This document shows positions 14,036 to 27,410 of a stretch of DNA of 64,000 bases, one piece after another. Each line of letters opens with the position of its first letter. The stretch's first letter is position 1. The DNA comes from Tubiluchus corallicola (lineage: Eukaryota > Animalia > Priapulida): contig JAQGDQ010000838.1 of assembly GCA_030141605.1 (NCBI GenBank), positions 1-64,000 of the forward strand, given 5' to 3'. The notes below the pieces were generated by a model. That model searched no databases. It was not told the DNA's origin and worked only from the letters and a program-made list of their open reading frames with translations. The position numbers and the translations under genes were made by a program.

Positions 14036-14249
14036 CAGTAATGCAACAGATTATTGTGTACCATCCCGGGCCTTTAGATATTAACATGTAAATTCCAGAC
14101 CTATTCGTAAAGGAATATTTTCCATAATTACGCAATATATTTAAAATATACATATCATTGGTTCCAATTAGAAAAAATGTTTTTTCTTCATTAGCATATC
14201 TGGAAAATCAGGACATAAAGAATTAACTTTTGCAAACATATCCGGTCTA

Positions 14250-14625
14250 TTGTGTCCGAAGAGAAGAAAATGGATGTGGCGGAGATGAAGATGTTGAGAT
14301 TGATGGTGGGAGTAACAAGAAGGGATAAAATCAGGAATAGTAATATTAGAGGAACAGTGAAAGTAATGGAAGCCTCGAAAAGGATACAAGAGGCAAGATT
14401 GCGATGGTATGGGCAGCTGAAAAGAAGAGTCGGGGAAGATCACGTGGGAAGAGAGGTCATGGAAATGGAAGTGCTGGGAATAGAAGAAGAGGACGACCCA
14501 AGCGGAGATGGATTGAATGTATAAACGGAGAAGAACATAAATGAAGAGATGGTCAACAACAGGAATGCATGGAGAAGACTTATTCACAACGGCGACCCCG
14601 CATAGGGAAAAGCTGGAAAGAAGAA
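14250..14625 (+). mobile_element. RTE-clade LINE 3' fragment
   Basis: EMKMLRLMVGVTRRDKIRNSNIR...RLRWYG is typical of the RTE ORF C-terminus; ends gaccccgcatagggaaaagctggaaagaagaa. Confidence 0.85.
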
Positions 14626-14854
14626 ACATATTCTGTCTATTGTGTTCGTATTTATGACTGACAAGCATGGATCATGTGTACCTCATCTTCCACTTCTCTT
14701 ATCATTACGTTGTTTACAAATTGTTTTATGCATCAGTAACTTGTACGGTTTATGATACCTGCCTGTTTGAATGGCTTATGAAGAAATTTTTAAGAGGAGT
14801 GTTAAAGAGGAGACTGGCTTCTTTGAAAGAATATCACATGCAGTTTATTTTCTA

Positions 14855-15082
14855 AACCAGAAGTAATACAACACAGTGTTTTCTCTCTAAAGTTCTACCA
14901 AGCCAACTGAACAGGTAAAACTTTTCCACGAAGTTAAAGGAAGCCAGCAGTTGATAACAGGTAAATGTTTCTGTACAATGATGGAAGTTTAGACTGTATA
15001 CAGAGAAATAAACCAGGTAAAACTTCTCCATGAAGTGAAAGGAAGCCAGCAATTCATTAAAGGTAAATCTTATGCATATCCG
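14855..15082. repeat. ~120-bp repeat family (also in tandem at 26235-26510)
   Basis: Shared ctgtatacagagaaataaaccaggtaaaactt...ggaagccagca units. Confidence 0.8.
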
Positions 15083-15587
15083 TTTTTATGTCCGTCTTAT
15101 ACATCCGTTTTTAAGAAAAAGTTAGAATATAATTTAGTTCTTTTGTGACGTATCTAAATAAAAAAACTGGAAAGAAACGCATTAGATGGAAAACAACGGG
15201 AAAGAGAACGAAACTGGAGAAGTAGATCTCTTTGTTTTAAGTGCGGGTTGTTGTTAAGATGCTTGACTGTGGTACATTTAATCTTTGACATACAGCAACT
15301 GCGCATGTGTACATCGAAACTGTGAAAAGGCTTATTATTTCATAAGATGCTGTAAACGTGGCGGGAGGTGGCGGGGGAGGGTGGTCGAGCGTGCTTCACT
15401 TATGTAACCTGTGTAATTCAAATTTTTTTGAATTAAATATCGAATCTAAGACACATTGTAACGTCCATTTCAGCTTCCCACATAAACAGACTCGTGCAGT
15501 AGCTTGTGTCGTGTGAGTGTGGTGTTTGTTCAGTTAGTCTCTCAGTTGGTTGGTTACTTACTTACTTACTTACTTGCTTGCTTGCTT

Positions 15588-15695
15588 ACTCCTGCTATTC
15601 CTAGTCGGTCACCCATCCAAGTACTAACCCGCCTCTACGTTGCTTAATTTCCGTGATCAGACGAAAACCAGTGTCATCAACATGATTTGAACAAC
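15588..15695 (-). pseudogene. Degenerate 5S rRNA-derived sequence (pseudogene or SINE3 head)
   Basis: Reverse complement contains tcgtctgatc...aagcaacgtagaggcgggttagtacttggatgggtgaccg, matching 5S box A/IE/box C; an (AGTA/AGCA)n tract follows downstream. Confidence 0.75.
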
Positions 15696-16482
15696 CGGTA
15701 TCTTCAACGCTGTAGTCGTGTATAAGCTGTGATATACAAGAATTGCAAACTTGCTACATAGGAACATGTACTAATGCGTATAAATTCTTCTCAAATACCA
15801 GTAAAATCCACACTAAGTTTCCTTTCTTAATAATCAGTATACAAATCAGTAACAACAGTATACAAACATGTTTAATATTACCCTATATCGATTCCATTTT
15901 TTTACTTTTTCAAGAACGGAGGTCAACGACTTAAAAAACAACAACAACAATAATAATTAATGCATTTAAAATCATCTTGTATTCAATCTACGACGCAATG
16001 CGACGTAATTGGCTTTCGTTTTTCAATTGTAATCTTTCTTTAACGATTTTACCCTACTAAAGAAGAAAGAGAAATTTGACCTGCGAGTGACACCATTAGT
16101 GAAATATGACGCCACTAGCATCAGAACACAGTGCGCCGGTCAAAACACAATTCACCAGTCAGTAGGTTACTGAGGAACGATAAGAGGGACGTGACAGATG
16201 GACAGTCTCACCTGTAGACGACTATTTAATTGATCGCATTTCGTCGTACTAGATGCTTAAACTCTTAAACAGTAATATTAGAGTAAGGCTAATTAGAGTA
16301 GGTTAATTATATGTAGCTAATTACAGTAGGTGGATAAGAATGTGGGACAGAAACTAGTAAAAACACTTAAAGCAGGAGCTTGTTCACACATCATGTTAAT
16401 ACGTCATCTCTGTGTGCTGTTACATGTGACTCCAGCTTAAGGTTCATTTTGTGATGATTTTTGTGACAATTTTCTAATCATT

Positions 16483-19400
16483 ATGGCTAATTACAGTTGG
16501 ATTTGGATCAGTGTTGCAGTAAGTAAAGGCAGACAGGCTGGTGCTATTTTTATTTTCGTTTTCTCATAATTAATTAATTATTTTTCTAACATTAGTGATC
16601 AAGCAATGAGGCAAAATTTGGACTTCGTATTTCACGTTTTAAGTTTTGCTCGACGTAAGTTCAAACACTAGTAGTGGTATACAACGCGTTTTTTAATTTC
16701 GTTTTAATTAGTTTAAGAAATTATAACTACGGATGAGCATTCTCTACCAGAAAGCGAATTCGAATCGAATCGAATTTATGACATTATCTGGTTTATGCAG
16801 CAGTAATTAGCATTTTTGCATACATTAAACACTATTTTTACTGAAGCAGTAACTAGTATGAAGTATTATTAACGTAATATTATCCATAAGCAGGGAAAAC
16901 TACATGTAGGATATGAACAAATATTAAGTCAATACTCACTAGCTTTTTCATACACATAAATACTACAGTATATGCATAGTATGTTTTGTATCACTGATAC
17001 GAAAGCAGTGAACATTTTTCTACATGGTTGTAGCTCATTACAATAACAACATTAGAGATCAAACAATTTCGAACGCTCACTCATAACTATAACTTCTCGA
17101 GGTTTTTCACTCAACAGCTCAGCTTGCAGCTAATGAATCTGTTGGTATGTTTAAACGTATTTTATTTTTCAGCGTGCAGAGATTTTAAATGATGTAGCCC
17201 TACATAAATAAACTGTATATCACATTACTATTTTTATAAGTCTAGCGAAGGGTGCAGAGATTTTAAATGATGTAGCGCGCCACATAAATGAATGGTACAT
17301 CATATTACTATTTTTATAAGTCTAGCGAAGGAAAAACAATTGCAACTTGTAAAAGCAATGGTAGAGGGGTTGGGTAGAGGGCCCCACTAACTAAAATGGT
17401 AGCAGTTTTCGCACTATCTGGAATTACTTTTGTTACCATGGATACGAACGCCTATGATAAACCAGCTAATAAAAATTGAGAAGCAAAACAAAGATGTTTT
17501 CCAATTTCTTTCGTAGGTCGTTGCAACTCTGGACATTTGGACTGTGCATGGAGCACGCGGGTACAATTTTAAGAAAATGAAAACTGAGAAATTTGGTAAT
17601 TAATCTAACTAGTAATTTAGCAACTTTAGTGATTGTGTGCAAAATTTGGGACAACGGAGTTTTTGATAATGTAAGACCATCAAATATTCGCACTGATTTT
17701 GACAAGTTTCTTATTTTGGAATCGACTATTTTGGAGACTATAACAGCAATAGCGACTCCTAATTCTTATCTGCTTATCTGCTTGTGGAAAGTTCTGAACT
17801 AGGCAATACGCCATGATGAAACGTTAAATTGCAGAGGTACCTTAACCTAATTTTGATTCTACCTTGGCAAAGTAAATATCCGGGTGAAGTGCTGCAGCAT
17901 ATCAGATTCCTTAGTTTCTTCTTCCTGCTTCTCTTTTATTCGTTTTTCTTAAATTCTATTTTCTCATCCTGTCTTTTCTTTTCCTTTTTTTCCAACCTTC
18001 TTTTTCTTTTTTAATTTGTTTCTTTTTCCTCAGTCTGGCTGCTTTTCCTCTTCTAGCTTTTTTTCAGTCTTCCTACTTGCCACCCAACCTACTTGCTTTA
18101 GCTTGCATAATCACATTCTTGCTTGCTTGCTTACTTGCTTTCTTGCTTAATTACTGCTTGCTTGCTTACTTACTTACTCACTTACTTACTTAATTACATA
18201 CTTACATACATACTTACTTACATACTTACATGCTTACTTGCTTGCTTACTTGCTTACTTACGTACTTACTTATTTACTTACTTGCTTTCTTACTTAATTA
18301 CTGCTTGCTTGCTTACTTGCTTGCTTACTTACTTACTCACTTACTTACTTACTTACATACTTACATACATACTTACTTACATACTTACATGCTTACTTGC
18401 TTGCTTACTTGCTTACATGCTTACTTGCCTTACATGCTTACTTACTTGCTTACATGCTTACTTGCTTACTTGCTTACTTACGTACTTACTTATTTACTTC
18501 CTTGCTTGCTTACTCACTTATTTACTTTGCACGTGCTTTTATTATTTTCTATTTTATAGATACGACTGTTCCATGCAATACTTTGGATCCATCTAATACT
18601 GATCTTGTACAAACACGTGATACCTCTGGGGTGCTTGACCAAAATCAAGATCGTGTTATTACTGCCACCGACGGTTTTAAACGAGGAATTTACGACGAAT
18701 TCACCGTTTGTTGGTATGAATAAACACGCTTTAACTTGAGTATAATCATTAGTATAGAGGCTACAGAATTTTGACACTAGAAAAGCATGCGTGTATTATG
18801 ACTGGTATCACAAAATTCTTTACTTTTCTCTAGAATGGTCTATACATGTATATTTAATTTGGCTGGCTACGGTTTTGTTCAGTTCAGTTCAGTGCAGTTT
18901 TGTTCAGGTTAGCTTGTCATATATTAACTCATTTCGTTATGTAGTTTGCTAGGATTAAAGATGCTAGTTCATTGTACTTCTTTCGTAGTGTATTTCGTTT
19001 ACTTAATTTACTTTTGTTTTACATTAGTTCACTACTACACTTCTCTTGATTCTACTTCTTCTTAGTTGTTTTTGCTTCACTTTGCTTTGCTTCCTTTTTC
19101 TTTGACTCGCATCATTTCACTTTGCTTCCCTTCCTGTCGTTTCACTTCACTTCACTTCACTTCACTATTTCGCATCGTTCCTCTTGCTTTACTTTCCTGT
19201 TACTTTACCTTACTTCACTCTTTCACTTCACTTCACTTCACTTCACTTCACTATTTCGCATCGTTGCTCTTGCTTTACTTTCCTGTTACTTTACCTTACT
19301 TCACTCTTTCACTTCACTTCACTTCACTATTTCGCATCGTTACTGTTGCTTTACTTTCCTGTTACATTACTTTACTTCACTCTTTCACTTCACTTCACTA

Positions 19401-21501
19401 TTTCGCATCGTTGCTCTTGCTTTACTTTCCTGTTACTTTACCTTACTTCACTCTTTCACTTCACTTCACTTCACTTCACTATTTCGCATCGTTGCTCTTG
19501 CTTTACTTTCCTGTTACTTTACCTTACTTCACTCTTTCACTTCACTTCACTTCACTATTTCGCATCGTTGCTCTTGCTTTACTTTCCTGTTACTTTACCT
19601 TACTTCACTTTTTCACTTCACTTCACTTTATTCTATTATTATGGTTTGTCCAAGGCTTTGTCTTAGTAGCAGTAGAAGTCATAGAAGCTGCAGTGAAAGC
19701 GAGCAGTGACTTTTGCATAGTTCTCGTGATGTACAAACAGATCATTCTTGCTATAATCGCCTTAATATTTTTTGTGGTCAAAAATAGTAGCTGATTGGTT
19801 TACGTTAGCAAAAAGATGGATCACAGGCACTTTATTATCTTTACATATAGGTGGTTAAAGGGGAAAGCTGATGTATTCTACCTACACAGCGACAGATTCC
19901 CGGATAAGATTGAAGAAGATGGAGTACCAGAAAATGTCGAGTTGCTAATATCAGTATTTGATTCTGGAGAGGTTTCATACGTTCATGGCAATGAATTTAC
20001 TGAGTAAGTGGCAACTACACACTTCATGGATTACTGACATAAGCAACAGTCAGACATACTACTCGCTCGACAGAATTTTTACACGTAAATCAATCGAACA
20101 TACTACTCACGAATTACTGTTAATTTTAGTTTTGTAACTGTGAATCCATCTGCTGATCTGGATGTGGACAAGGAATTCATCCATTACTGCGTGGTGGTGG
20201 ACGCAAATGCCCAGCCAGATCCAACTGTGACTGTGTACTGGAATGGTGGAGCAGACGTAAGATTATTTTTTCTATACAATAGTGAAAAAAGGGCTTGTCC
20301 AAACCTGCTTTTCTTTGTCAACTTGTTTAAAAAATAACAAACTTTACACAGTTCATAACTTAACTTGCAAAAGACTTCGTGAAATGATTTTAAAGCAGCT
20401 CAGTTCCTCGCAGATTCGATTTAGTTACTCGTGCCCTGGATAAAGTATTGCAGACAAGGCACCTAGTATGCCTGGCACTGGAGACCTAATGCACAGGCCA
20501 AACATTTGTGGGAATGTAAATCATTTTGCATAACCATTATTTTGAATCGAAATCCAATTATTTTACATTTTTCCTCCGGATTAGGACACGAATAAGCGCT
20601 ACATTAATGACATCAAAATATCAAAGATTTTTTACCTAAGCAGCAAGGCTAGGCGAGTTGCACTTTGCCATAAAGTTAAGCAGTTTTTCACCTGGTCAGT
20701 AAAAGGGTGATTGATTGTCAAACTGCCCAAGTATTTGCCTCGTTATAGGTGGATGAATGCGTGTCTGGTTGTGGCTAGGGCACCTCTACTGGCTCAGTGT
20801 CTCGTTTTTGAGGAGTACTGTCTCTCGAACTGTATAAAAAAAGAAAACACAAAACATCCCACTAGAGGGCACTCAGAAGAGGTGCCAGTCTTTTTTATGA
20901 AGTGACTATGGACTAAAATTTATTTTGACATTTTTACCTTATGACCTTGACCATTGACTTTTTGATCCAAAAAGCAATGGGTTTCTAGGTCTTGCGCAGG
21001 CCATAGACCTGTGTCAGGTTTGGTGATTGCAGCATCGTCTTTTGATTTTGTTTTGCAGACATATACGCTGGCATCACTAAATACCCTCTGCACCAACTAT
21101 TGTAGGTGTAGAAATAATTCAATCGAGGCTGCATTTTCTGTTTGTAAAATTTAATTTTTCGTGATTTTTCATATTTTACAGGTACAGCAACAACCTGCAG
21201 CGTTCGCAACTGCTTTGCGAGTCATGTTTGAATCCGGTGAGGACGAAGCAGGAGACATGTTTTATAAACCAGATGAAGGTGCCATGTTGAGTGATATAAA
21301 CGTTTACAGCAGAGCTTTGTCAGCTTCAAGAATAGCAAAGATATCTCAGAGCTGTATTAATTGTGGTGATGTATTTTGCTATCGTACTGCTCCTAGGATG
21401 CCTCTAGGAGGCGTAAGTGTTCGTTAGCATTATAGCATAGCAGAATATGATTTATATAATATAATATTATATATCTATATATAAATAAATGGCAAACAAA
21501 G

Positions 21502-21535
<34 letters not shown>

Positions 21536-22677
21536 ATTTGTTTGCCGTAAAATGGATTTCATTTTACGTAATCCTCAGTGATAAAACGAATTAATAATTG
21601 TTAAAACACTGCTACACTGCTAAAAGCAAATGCGTTTGGTGCAAAACTATGAAGTACTGTGCACAAAACTGAAACTAGAAACAACTAGAAATACTCATTT
21701 ACATACATAGATACGATAGATACAGTAATACAATATATAGGGACAATATAAGTAAAATGTATAATAAACGCAAGACAAAGTTTACATTAATTTATCACAA
21801 TATACGCATAATACGTAATACAAAACATAGAGTAATATGGTACATAAAATACATAATAACAAGGACTAGGTTCACACCAATTTCGCAATAAACACATTAC
21901 AATCATATGTAATACACAACAGAAATTACTTGCAGATTGCCGTTTTAATTTACGAATGAGTTGCGAATTAACATACAACTACTACAGCTATAGCTCACGG
22001 AAGGCCAAAATGCTAATGTATTGAAGGGGCTTCAATTTTAAAAGAGTGAATACTGTAAAAGGCTAAATACCTACTAAATAAACAAACAGGTGGCAGCACC
22101 GTGGCAGTAATTGAAAACTAAATTAAGACCAAAAAGGGCCTATGCACCCACTGCAATATACATTTTAATTACATTAGTGCCTCTCTTTCTATAAATGGTC
22201 CGAATTAGGTTAATCATTGTTTTCTAAGCCGCATCCGAGAAAAATGGAGAGTAGAGAAAAAGAGAGAATAGTGAAGAAATGGAGAGGAAAAAGAGATGAG
22301 TAGAGCCCTATTTAATAATCTTGTTTTAAGTTTGCTAGATCGTAATGCAGTTACGTCTTCTTCAGATCATTGAAATTCCATCTCTTTGCTTAACACCAAA
22401 GGACCTTGCAAAAAGATGTCACAATCCAGCCACACTTCTAGAAGTTCATGGTGCGTCCAAATTTAATTTGAAGAAAAGAGGTAATAAAAGACGAAGTGGT
22501 TATGGCAAACGTTCATCAACTGGTTTTGGCACTGGATCATCCACTGGTTATGGTGCCAAGTCTTCTACTGGTTACGGTGCGGGATCGTCCAATGGTTATG
22601 GTGCTGGATCGGCCACTGGTTATGGTTCGCAATCCCCTTCTGGTTATGGCTCAGGATTCACCAATGGTTATTTTTAG
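16483..22677 (+). CDS. Secreted divergent pentraxin/LamG (ConA-like) domain protein with GYG-repeat tail, ~372 aa, 8 exons
   Basis: Phase-compatible GT-AG exons 16483-16518, 17118-17144, 17517-17595, 18560-18713, 19851-20003, 20130-20256, 21182-21412, 22366-22677 (1119 nt). Pentraxin-like motifs FTVCWWLK, HYCVVVD, VYWNG, LSDINVYSRALS, CxxCGDVF. The first three exons are tentative. Confidence 0.75.
17517..17595 (+). CDS. Pentraxin-like gene, probable exon (end of signal peptide)
   Basis: tttctttcgtag acceptor and G|gtaatt donor; VVATLDIWTVHGARGYNFKKMKTEKF; phase 0 to 1 fits the next exon. Confidence 0.5.
18105..18525. repeat. (CTTA/CTTG/CATA)n tetranucleotide microsatellite, intronic
   Basis: Direct inspection. 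Confidence 0.9.
18560..18713 (+). CDS. Pentraxin-like gene exon
   Basis: ttttatag acceptor and TG|gtatga donor; TTVPCNTLD...DEFTVC. Confidence 0.8.
19135..19630. repeat. ~70-85-bp minisatellite with variable (CACTT)n, intronic
   Basis: Unit ctatttcgcatcgttgctcttgctttactttcctgttactttaccttacttcactcttt(cactt)n, about 6 copies. Confidence 0.9.
19851..20003 (+). CDS. Pentraxin-like gene exon
   Basis: WLKGKADVFYLHS...GNEFT; GA|gtaagt donor. Confidence 0.8.
20130..20256 (+). CDS. Pentraxin-like gene exon
   Basis: FVTVNPS...FIHYCVVVD...VYWNGGAD; gtaaga donor. Confidence 0.8.
20860..21118 (+). mobile_element. Helentron/DINE-like non-autonomous element (tentative)
   Basis: Starts actag with an imperfect palindrome ggcactcagaagaggtgcc, internal atgaccttgacc motif, weak 3' hairpin. 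Confidence 0.35.
21182..21412 (+). CDS. Pentraxin-like gene exon
   Basis: VQQQPAAF...LSDINVYSRALSASRI...PLGG; gtaagt donor. Confidence 0.85.
22366..22677 (+). CDS. Pentraxin-like gene terminal exon with GYG octapeptide repeats
   Basis: cttcttcag acceptor, IIEIPSLC...NGYF*, AATAAA at 22843-22848. Confidence 0.8.
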   Translation: MIEIPSLCLTPKDLAKRCHNPATLLEVHGASKFNLKKRGNKRRSGYGKRSSTGFGTGSSTGYGAKSSTGYGAGSSNGYGAGSATGYGSQSPSGYGSGFTNGYF

Positions 22678-22869
22678 ATATCACTACAGTTTTCATCTAA
22701 TTAACATTATGATTTTGTTTTCTACTCTATTATGCAACAATATGTACTGAAAACTTTGTTTAGGTGGAAGTTTGAGACTTTATTTGAATAATGTGGATTT
22801 ACAGTCACACACAAGGAAGTAAATTTATCTCTATTTTTGTAAAATAAAGAATTGTATGTTTAGTTACTG

Positions 22870-24720
22870 TTTATGTTCAAATGCGATGTATGTTCTAAAG
22901 CCTTGACATTTGGTTGTGGCTAAAATGGATTCAACATTTGCTGCCTGTGATTAAATATTGTTGTTGTGCACTAGAAATAGTAGTGGACGTATGACGGATC
23001 CTTGTGGAGCTCCATATTTTTACGTATATGCAACATTAGCCATTGCAGTATTATGGCCTGCTGCTTGACTGTTTGCAGTTAGGTGGTTTAGGAACCAGAT
23101 TTTTTGCCAGTCTTCTAACTCCGTAATGTTCAAGTTTGCATAATACTATTGTTCGCAGTATCAAATGCCTGGGCTGGATCACTTTACTAATAAAAAAGGT
23201 TTTATTTTCTAAATTTTCAGTAATGCTATGAGCTCTAATTCGGTAGTGTATGCTCTTCGAAAGACCAAGCTCAGCTATATTTACAATGTCATGTTTTATT
23301 AAATATGTGGTTTAGGTGTTGATGAACAAATTTTCCTAAGATTTTGGGAAAACGTGGTAAAACAGACATGGGTCTGTAATTGCTTTGAAATGTTTATTTT
23401 TACCAGGAACTTTTCCAGTTTGAAGTGAATTCTTGATTATATGTGCAAAGGGTGTTGCAATATCATCAGTAACTTCATTCAACAATCCTGGGTGATATAT
23501 GATCAAAACCAGCACTCTTATTTGGATTTTAGGAATTATCTATTTTAACAACGCCCATTTTAGTCGTTTGATTAAAAGAAGGAATGTATGTAAGTTTCTT
23601 GTAAATAATTTTCCGGGTTGGCATTCATTTTAGAATATTTGACGTTATTTTTTCTTACCTTCAGTGAAATATTTATTGCATGTATTTATTATCTTCTTAT
23701 TTTCATGAATAAGACGGTTATTTAGTTTAAGAGTGACAGTCACTTGTTATTTTATTTTATTCATTATTTCTTATATAATAGTCAAGTTTTTTCATGTTTG
23801 ATAGACACTTTGATACTTTGGTTTGATTATAACTAGTTATTGACGTTCTCGATAATTTTATAAGTTGATTTTTTATGATGTATATTCTTGTTTCGCTACT
23901 TGTTGTTAAGCATATAATGTTGCATTCAATTTCTATGTTTAATGTTGGTTATTAATGCAATGGTTTAGTTTATCGTAGCTTTAGTTTTAACTATTTATAG
24001 TTTTGACGTTGTTTCAAGCATTATGTTTGTAAATTTATTAATTAAAATAGGTGATAGGCAAATTCGCCATTTTCATGAGATGTTACGTTATTCTATGATG
24101 TATTTGATAAGTCACGTATTAAATTATATTTACGTTGACTGCTATATGAGCGAGTCTGTCGTGAGTTTTTGCCTGATGTCCTTTAACTTCTGCTTGCAAA
24201 TCTGTTATGATGAAGCTTGGAAGATGAACCGAGGCATTGGTTAGCTATAATTATGTATATATCCTGTTATATATTTTGTGTCTAATATGTTTAAAAATAT
24301 ATTAATTATTAGAGTAGTAGTTTCGTATGTGATTCTTTTGTGTGACAAGAAATCGATGTAATATAATATACAACTATATAATATAATATAGTGGTTTTGA
24401 TTCACCCATATGAATTGTAAATCCATAATTTATTCATAATCACTTGGAGATGTGTAAATTACCATCACTCAAGATAGATATTTTTCTTATTCCTTAATAG
24501 GATTTCAATGCTTTAGTTTCATCAAGCTTCCAACTGATTTTGACAATTTATTTTGAGCAAAAAAGCCAATACTTCTTCCTCTTTTATGTTAATGAGTCTT
24601 AGTAATGAATTTCCAGACAATTTTTTGAAGCACAGATTTTGTCCACTAATCACATCTCTGATAATGCTATTACTGACAATCTAAACTGCTCAAATATGAA
24701 AAAACGGTAAAAATTTTAGT
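22870..24720 (-). mobile_element. Degraded LINE (CR1/L2-like) ORF2
   Basis: Minus strand NYRPMSVLPRFPKILGK (~23335-23381) and GAPQGSVIRPLLFL (~22972-23013); many stops and frameshifts. Confidence 0.8.
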
Positions 24721-25929
24721 ACATGTTGGATATGTTAACACATGTTATGCTCAAGAGAAAGTTCCTACTGATTACCGTACTGATTTGGCCCATTAATCAA
24801 TTCATTACTATCATCATGTTTTTATTACTAATCGTATATTGCATCGTTAATTCTTTTTCTCTGTCTCAAGCTACGCATTGGGAAACATAACCTTGAGAAA
24901 ATTGCCGTTAAAATTTGCCATTGTTTTTTGTCGCGTTTCTGCAAAACACTTAGCAACCGCACAAATGTTGGTTGCTACGGACTTTGCAAGAACACATTAA
25001 AGTTATGTTTAAATGCAGTAGATGGCTCTTCCTGACGAAGATCTGGGTTTGGCAATAGAAAAAAACCTGAAGCAAAATGACTGATTCCTGGAGGTACTAT
25101 CACGAGTTTTTTTTACAATTGCAGTACTAGTTTCTAGTCAGAAAAGTGGGCAATGAGCTAGAAAATTAGATTTTTAGTATTTTTTTGACATTTTCTTGAT
25201 AACTGATGCAAGAATACGACAGTCCAATATGTTTAACATTTGTTTTTATAAGAAACGAAAAGTTTACATTGGCCAAATTTTTGGTGCATTCTACTTTGCA
25301 GCATCGTATCGTAGTTTTAGCTATGCCAACTTCTGGAGGGTAAAGGTTTGCAAGCACACACCTGATTTTAATTTTGTTGCTACTTTCCAGGAAATATTTA
25401 TTGAATGTATTTCCCAATTTTCTGTTTTCATAAAAAAACAATTATTTAGTTTTATATTCATTTGGCATTTGTTACTCTGATTTATTCATCATTTCTTTAA
25501 TAATAGTTATAATAGATCAGGTTTTTTGCTATTTTGATACCTTGTTTTAATGATAATTTATCTTTTCCAATCTCCTTTTAACCTTTGGCTTCTTCGTTCA
25601 ACTCCTCATTCAGCTTTTAAATCCGCTCAAAGGCAAAAAATTCCCCATTTACGTCTCCACCACTTATCCACATGAGAATTGGAAATGCAGAGTGCATACT
25701 GCTTTCCACGACCACAGTCTCATTTCCAGGAAAATTCCGCGGGACTCCCGCGTCCTGCCTTCTACTCAGGATTGGCTGGAACATTCCAGAAGATGCAGCG
25801 GAGTTGCAAGACTAAGTTCATAATTTTTTGTTTGAATTCCAAGAAGTTTTTACCTCCACATGCCAGAAAAAAGGCACATACTAAGAAACCAGAAAAAATC
25901 TCACATGCTCTTCCAATAAACCAGTAAGT

Positions 25930-26170
25930 AAACTATAAACGAAAGAAACAGAAAACAAACGACGAAATGAATAAACGAATGAACAAACGAACAGACGAAC
26001 GAACAGACACGGAGACGAAGGGACGATTGAACAAAGGAACAAACAAGCGAGCAAACGAATGAATGAATGAACGAAAAACGAACGAACGAATGAATAAATG
26101 CACGAGTGAGTGAAAGAACCGACGAACGAGCAAACGAACAAACGAGCAAGCAGGCAAACAAACAAATGAA
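25930..26170. repeat. Degenerate (AACG/AATG/AACA)n microsatellite
   Basis: Direct inspection. Confidence 0.85.
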
Positions 26171-26986
26171 TAACAGGTGAAAATACACAGAAAATTCAAA
26201 TCAACTATCAGTGAGCGCTTAAGTAAAGTTGAAATGAAAGTTTAAACTGTATACAGAGAAATAAACCAGGTAAAACTTTTCCATGAAGGGAAAGGAAGCC
26301 ACAAGTTGATTAAAGGTAAATGTTATGCATACTAGTTCAAGGTTCTGTACAATGATGAAAGTTTAAACTGTATACAGAGAAATAAACCAGGTAAAACTTT
26401 TCCATGAAGTGAAAGGAAGCCAGCAGTTGATTAAAGGTAAATGTTATGCATACTAGTTCAAGGTTCTGTACAATGATGAAAGTTTAAACTGTATACAGAG
26501 AAATAAACCAGTTTAATAGCTGAAATTTAGTAAATTCTTGTTTGAGATTTTAATTTAATATTTTAGCAAGAGAATGTAATAATATGACTATCCAATGGAT
26601 GTATGCATGTACAATAATGCTATTGATAATAATAATTATGGTTAATTACAACAAACTCATAATTAATGAAGGAAGCATGAGCTTCACGACATGGCTAGAC
26701 TATGGGCACATATTCGTAGTTTACAAAAAGTTGTTTTAGTTTCGGAGGTCAAAATATTGCTCAGCAGGTGATTTTCCATAACACAACCGTTTTTTATTTT
26801 GCAATGGCTTTTCAACTTGTTTCCTTCCGGATTTTCATCACCAGGCACTGTATTGATATCATCTCTACGTGGCTGAGTAAATTCTATGTGTGGATGAACC
26901 CTCAAATATTAGTTGCAAACACCCGCAAGCTATCACGTATAAAATAACCAAAGCAACCAAAAGAGCAACACAAGCTTATTGTTTGT

Positions 26987-27410
26987 TGGCATCCCTCTGT
27001 CTCGGAAGACAATGGAGTGTGCGCCAAGAGAGTCAGTTATTGATCACATTGATGGAGCTGCAGCGTCGACTGTGGCTGAGCAGTGCGATCCTTGAACGTC
27101 TCCAGGGCGCACGCCTGGGCAAGGTGTATGGAGATCCTGAATTGCCCAGACAACAGGAACCCCCTCTCTTCCTCCATGGTATAGTCCAAAAGAAAGCAGA
27201 GCGATACTTTTGCCACCAGGTTGGCTGCCGGAGTCAGTGAGCATGCTGGACTGGTCCGCCTTCAGGGCTCCACTTCTGATTTGGAAGGTTAACTCCTCTA
27301 CACATGGTCGTTGGGTCACTTGATCGCCTCCGCCCTCTAGCCGTTGGCTGCTTGTGCAGCTCCTTCGCCTAGTGTGTGCATTCGTGTGTGAGATACAGTG
27401 TGGGCATTCG
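26987..27410 (-). mobile_element. RTE-related SINE body without the 5S head
   Basis: Homologous to 36735-37128; minus-strand 3' end cgagacagagggatgcca. Confidence 0.75.

Noticed and set aside
22495-22677. Horizontal transfer from bacterial ice-nucleation genes
   Set aside because: Only ~7 octapeptides, lacking the TxT ladder and 16/48-residue hierarchy; the resemblance is compositional.
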